Shown here piece by piece: positions 60,966 through 64,000 of a DNA stretch of 64,000 nucleotides (position 1 is the first letter of the stretch; each line of letters begins with the position of its first letter). The notes under the pieces were generated by a model. That model worked only from the letters and a program-made list of their open reading frames with translations, searched no databases and was not told where the DNA came from. This DNA comes from Candidatus Krumholzibacteriota bacterium (GTDB lineage Bacteria; Krumholzibacteriota; Krumholzibacteriia; Krumholzibacteriales; Krumholzibacteriaceae): NCBI GenBank assembly GCA_030609325.1, contig JAUWCL010000009.1, positions 4,818 through 68,817 of the forward strand. The letters are read 5' to 3'. Position numbers and translations under genes: made by a program.

Positions 60966-62357
60966 ATGCTGATAGACTCCCACGCGCATCTCGACATGGA
61001 GCAGTTCGACGGCGACCGCCGGGAGACGATATCCCGCGCGCTTGAGGCGGGTGTCGGCGAGATCCTCAACGTAGGCTGCGACAAATCGACTATCGACACG
61101 ACGCTGCGGCTTGCCGACGAGCACGGATCGATCTGGGCGGCGCTCGGGATACACCCGCACAACGCATCCGACTGGGACGGCGCGCTCGAGGAGAAGCTCA
61201 AGCAGCTCCTCCTGCGCCGCAAGGTCCTGGCCGTCGGCGAGATCGGGCTCGATTACTACAGGGACATCTCGCCGCGGGAGAAGCAGAGGGAGGTGTTCAG
61301 GAGGCAGATCGGGATCGCCCTCTATTTCGGCAAGCCGATCGTGGTCCACTGCCGCGACGCCTTCGACGACGTCATCAGGATCCTCCGCGAGGAGGGAGCG
61401 TCGGAGGTGGGAGGGATATTCCACGCCTTCTCCGGGGGTGAGCGCGAGGTGGAGGCCGTCCTCGGCCTCGGATTCCTCATCGGCATCGGCGGCCCCCTGA
61501 CCTATAAAAAATCAAAACTGACCGAGGTGGCCGTCAGGCTTCCCTCTAGCGCTTTCGTCCTCGAGACCGACTGCCCCTACCTGCCGCCCGAGCCGTACCG
61601 CGGCAAGCGCAACGAGCCCGCCTACGTCCGTATCGTCGCCGGGAAGATGGCCGAGCTGCGCGGCGTAAGCGTGGAGGACATCGAGAGGGCCTCGGAGACG
61701 AACTACAGGCGCCTGCTCCACGGCGAGAAGGATTTCCCCATCTCGATCGCGTACGGACTCAAGAGGAGCGTCTACATAAACGTCACATCGAGCTGTACTA
61801 ACGACTGCGTCTTCTGCCCGCGGCTCAGGACAGACAACTATCTCTACGGATACAACCTCAATCTGATCGCCGACCCGACCGTCGAGGAAATGGTCGCTGC
61901 CGCGAACGCGGTTCTCGCCGACGGGGATTACGGGGAGATCGTCTTCTGCGGGTTCGGGGAGCCGACGGCGCGCATGAAGGGCCTTGCCGCCGCAGCGCGG
62001 GGACTGAAATCACATGGTCTGCCGATGCGCCTCAACACGAACGGGCACGGTAACATGATAAACAGGCGGGACATAGTACCCGAGCTGGCCGAGCTCTTCG
62101 AGAGGATATCGATCAGCCTCAACGCCCACGACGCCGGGACATACATGATGGTATGCAGGCCAGACGCCGGGGAGAAGGCCTTCGCGGCGGTCGTCGATTT
62201 CATCGGAAGGGCCGCCTCCTCGGAGATGGAATGCACCGCGTCGGCCCTCGATTACCCCGAAGTCGATATAGAGGCGACCCGGGAGCTGGTAGAATCGATA
62301 CCGGGGGCGCGTTTCAGAGCAAGGAAATATCATCTGGCCTCCCCTGCCGTGATATGA
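60966..62357 (+). CDS. TatD-family metal-dependent hydrolase fused to a C-terminal radical-SAM-like domain
   Basis: N-terminal TatD (LIDSHAHLD, GEIGLDYY, VHCRDA, ETDCPYLPP), about 260 aa; C-terminal ~190 aa with CxxxCxxC (SSCTNDCVFCPR). Confidence 0.75.
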   Translation: MLIDSHAHLDMEQFDGDRRETISRALEAGVGEILNVGCDKSTIDTTLRLADEHGSIWAALGIHPHNASDWDGALEEKLKQLLLRRKVLAVGEIGLDYYRDISPREKQREVFRRQIGIALYFGKPIVVHCRDAFDDVIRILREEGASEVGGIFHAFSGGEREVEAVLGLGFLIGIGGPLTYKKSKLTEVAVRLPSSAFVLETDCPYLPPEPYRGKRNEPAYVRIVAGKMAELRGVSVEDIERASETNYRRLLHGEKDFPISIAYGLKRSVYINVTSSCTNDCVFCPRLRTDNYLYGYNLNLIADPTVEEMVAAANAVLADGDYGEIVFCGFGEPTARMKGLAAAARGLKSHGLPMRLNTNGHGNMINRRDIVPELAELFERISISLNAHDAGTYMMVCRPDAGEKAFAAVVDFIGRAASSEMECTASALDYPEVDIEATRELVESIPGARFRARKYHLASPAVI

Positions 62358-62370
62358 GAGGGAACAGGCC

Positions 62371-63186
62371 ATGAAGAACGAAAGGCGGCCGGCAAAAAAG
62401 AGCCTCGGGCAGAACTTCCTCGTCTCCGACGGGGCGATAAAGGGGATAATCTCGGCCGTTATGGCCGATGACGGCCTCCCCGTATTCGAGATAGGGCCAG
62501 GGAGAGGGGCCCTGACCGTCCCGATGGCTGCCGGCGGCACGCAAATTGCGGCATTCGAGATCGACGAAGCGCTGGCGGAGGAGGCCGCCGGACGGCTCGA
62601 GGGGCTCGAAAACGCCGAGATCGTCCTCGCCGACATCCGCGATGTAGATCTTGACGCCGAAGCGGCAGGCAGGGGATGGGACGGATACGCCCTGGCGGGC
62701 AATATCCCGTATCTGCTCACGAGCACCATGCTGCTCGGCCTGCCGTCCCTCGAGAGATGCCGCAGGGCGGTGATAATGGTACAGAAGGAGGTCGGCGAGA
62801 GGGTGCTCGCCGCCCCCGGGAGCCGCAACAGCGGGATCCTGCCGGTCTACCTCCAGTCGTACCTCGCCATAAAAAAAGTGATGACGCTCAAGCCCGGCTC
62901 GTTTCGACCGAAGCCGAAAGTGGACAGTATTGTCCTTGTTTTTACTCCCGTGAGCCGTGAAAACGCCCCCGGAAACTGTGAGGGATTCCTCTCATTCCTG
63001 AAATCGGCGTTTTCGCAGAGGAGAAAGAAACTGGCGAACGCCCTAAGGGCCGTCCCCGGGATACCGGAACGGACGGAACTGGAGAAACTCTCCGGGGTAG
63101 ACCTCGGCTGCAGACCCGAGGAGCTCGGCCTGGAGGAATGGTTCGCGCTTTACGCCGCCGTGGCGGGGTGCGAAGACGATAGATGA
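62371..63186 (+). CDS. rsmA: 16S rRNA (adenine1518/1519-N6)-dimethyltransferase RsmA/KsgA
   Basis: KSLGQNFL start signature, SAM motif EIGPGRGALT, NIPY catalytic motif. Confidence 0.9.
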   Translation: MKNERRPAKKSLGQNFLVSDGAIKGIISAVMADDGLPVFEIGPGRGALTVPMAAGGTQIAAFEIDEALAEEAAGRLEGLENAEIVLADIRDVDLDAEAAGRGWDGYALAGNIPYLLTSTMLLGLPSLERCRRAVIMVQKEVGERVLAAPGSRNSGILPVYLQSYLAIKKVMTLKPGSFRPKPKVDSIVLVFTPVSRENAPGNCEGFLSFLKSAFSQRRKKLANALRAVPGIPERTELEKLSGVDLGCRPEELGLEEWFALYAAVAGCEDDR

Positions 63187-64000
63187 AGATAATTGCCTGC
63201 ATATCGTTCCTGTTCCTGGCGGCCGCCCTCCTGGCGGCGGCGGGGGCGGCGCACGCCGGGGAGGATGATTCCACCCGCCCGGCCGCAGGGGATTCGTCAA
63301 CCGTCGCGGCAGCCGACACGACGGCAAAGAGAGGCGGCGGGTCGTCCAGCCTGCTGGCCGGCATGGCATCGCAGGGGCAGGACGGCGAGCAGGCGGCAGA
63401 GACAGATTCGACGGAGACTTCCCGGGTCCTGCCGGTATGGAAGATCGAATACAAGGCGAACGAGAGCGAGTACCGCATCGGAACGCGCATGGCGCTGACA
63501 TTCAATCCGGGCGGCGGATGGCGCGGCACGAGCAATATATATATGGCCAAGCGGGCCTACCGTGGCAGGGACATGTCGGACATCAATGAGAAATTCAACA
63601 ATACCGCGATCAAGATCGTCCCGAATCTCTACAACATAAATCTCGCCATAGGGCAGGACTACCTCCGGCAGAAGGCGGTCGGCCTTGCGCGCTCGGGCGG
63701 CGATATGGTGATCCAGAACAAGTTCCTCAATGCGGGGTTCACGTGGGAGCGCCCCGAGCTGTGGGCGAAAATGTCACGTTTTGCCCTGACGGGAAGGGCC
63801 GGGGGAGGGCAGAACGATTTCAAGTACGACAACAACTTCCAGGCTAACGCGAGCGGGTATCTCTTGTACGGGATAGGCCCGGAACTCGATGTCTGCGGGG
63901 GATACGGCGTCTGGCGCAAGACCGAGGACAGCGACGTGAGCGGGCGGAAGTTCGAGAACATGCCCAGCGACATGGATACGATCACGGCTGGCGCGAGTTA
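63183..64000 (+). CDS. secreted protein of unknown function (3' partial; possibly outer-membrane)
   Basis: ATGA overlap with rsmA stop; signal peptide MKIIACISFLFLAAALLAAAGAAHA; open frame to window end with beta-strand-like Y/F/N/G-rich composition. Confidence 0.5.
   Translation, partial: MKIIACISFLFLAAALLAAAGAAHAGEDDSTRPAAGDSSTVAAADTTAKRGGGSSSLLAGMASQGQDGEQAAETDSTETSRVLPVWKIEYKANESEYRIGTRMALTFNPGGGWRGTSNIYMAKRAYRGRDMSDINEKFNNTAIKIVPNLYNINLAIGQDYLRQKAVGLARSGGDMVIQNKFLNAGFTWERPELWAKMSRFALTGRAGGGQNDFKYDNNFQANASGYLLYGIGPELDVCGGYGVWRKTEDSDVSGRKFENMPSDMDTITAGAS

Overview
This 64 kb window is the chromosomal replication-origin neighbourhood of a high-GC bacterium (roughly 60-65% GC by eye), with about 55 tightly packed genes. 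The minus-strand block runs hflX, a secreted protein with a T9SS/FlgD-Ig-like C-terminal sorting domain, gyrA, gyrB, a DUF721/DciA-like gene, recF, dnaN and dnaA. It diverges at a ~0.5 kb AT-rich intergenic region holding a perfect DnaA box, the candidate oriC. The plus-strand block runs rpmH, rnpA, yidD, yidC, jag, mnmE, mnmG, rsmG, a beta-helix lipoprotein, parA, parB, an M23 peptidase and a bactofilin; parS-like sites flank this partition locus. Further right, all on the plus strand except hsp20, are hsp20, an S9 peptidase, a MoxR/DUF58/BatA module, mfd, three tandem parvulin/SurA chaperones, an S4-domain gene, pdxA, ftsE, ftsX, an envC-like gene, holB, yaaT/ricT, metG, a TatD-radical-SAM fusion and rsmA. 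The left 10 kb is the accessory part, and its most unusual feature is a seven-gene minus-strand operon. It encodes a B12-binding corrinoid protein, a homocysteine S-methyltransferase domain, a MetH-type activation domain and a non-pyrrolysine MttB-family methyltransferase, followed by an isochorismatase-like hydrolase, a TrxR-like flavoprotein and a radical SAM enzyme. Together these look like a disassembled MetH in which an MttB-type methyltransferase replaces the folate-binding module. I found no CRISPR arrays, transposases, integrases or rRNA/tRNA genes. Many long antisense ORFs in the track are high-GC artefacts.
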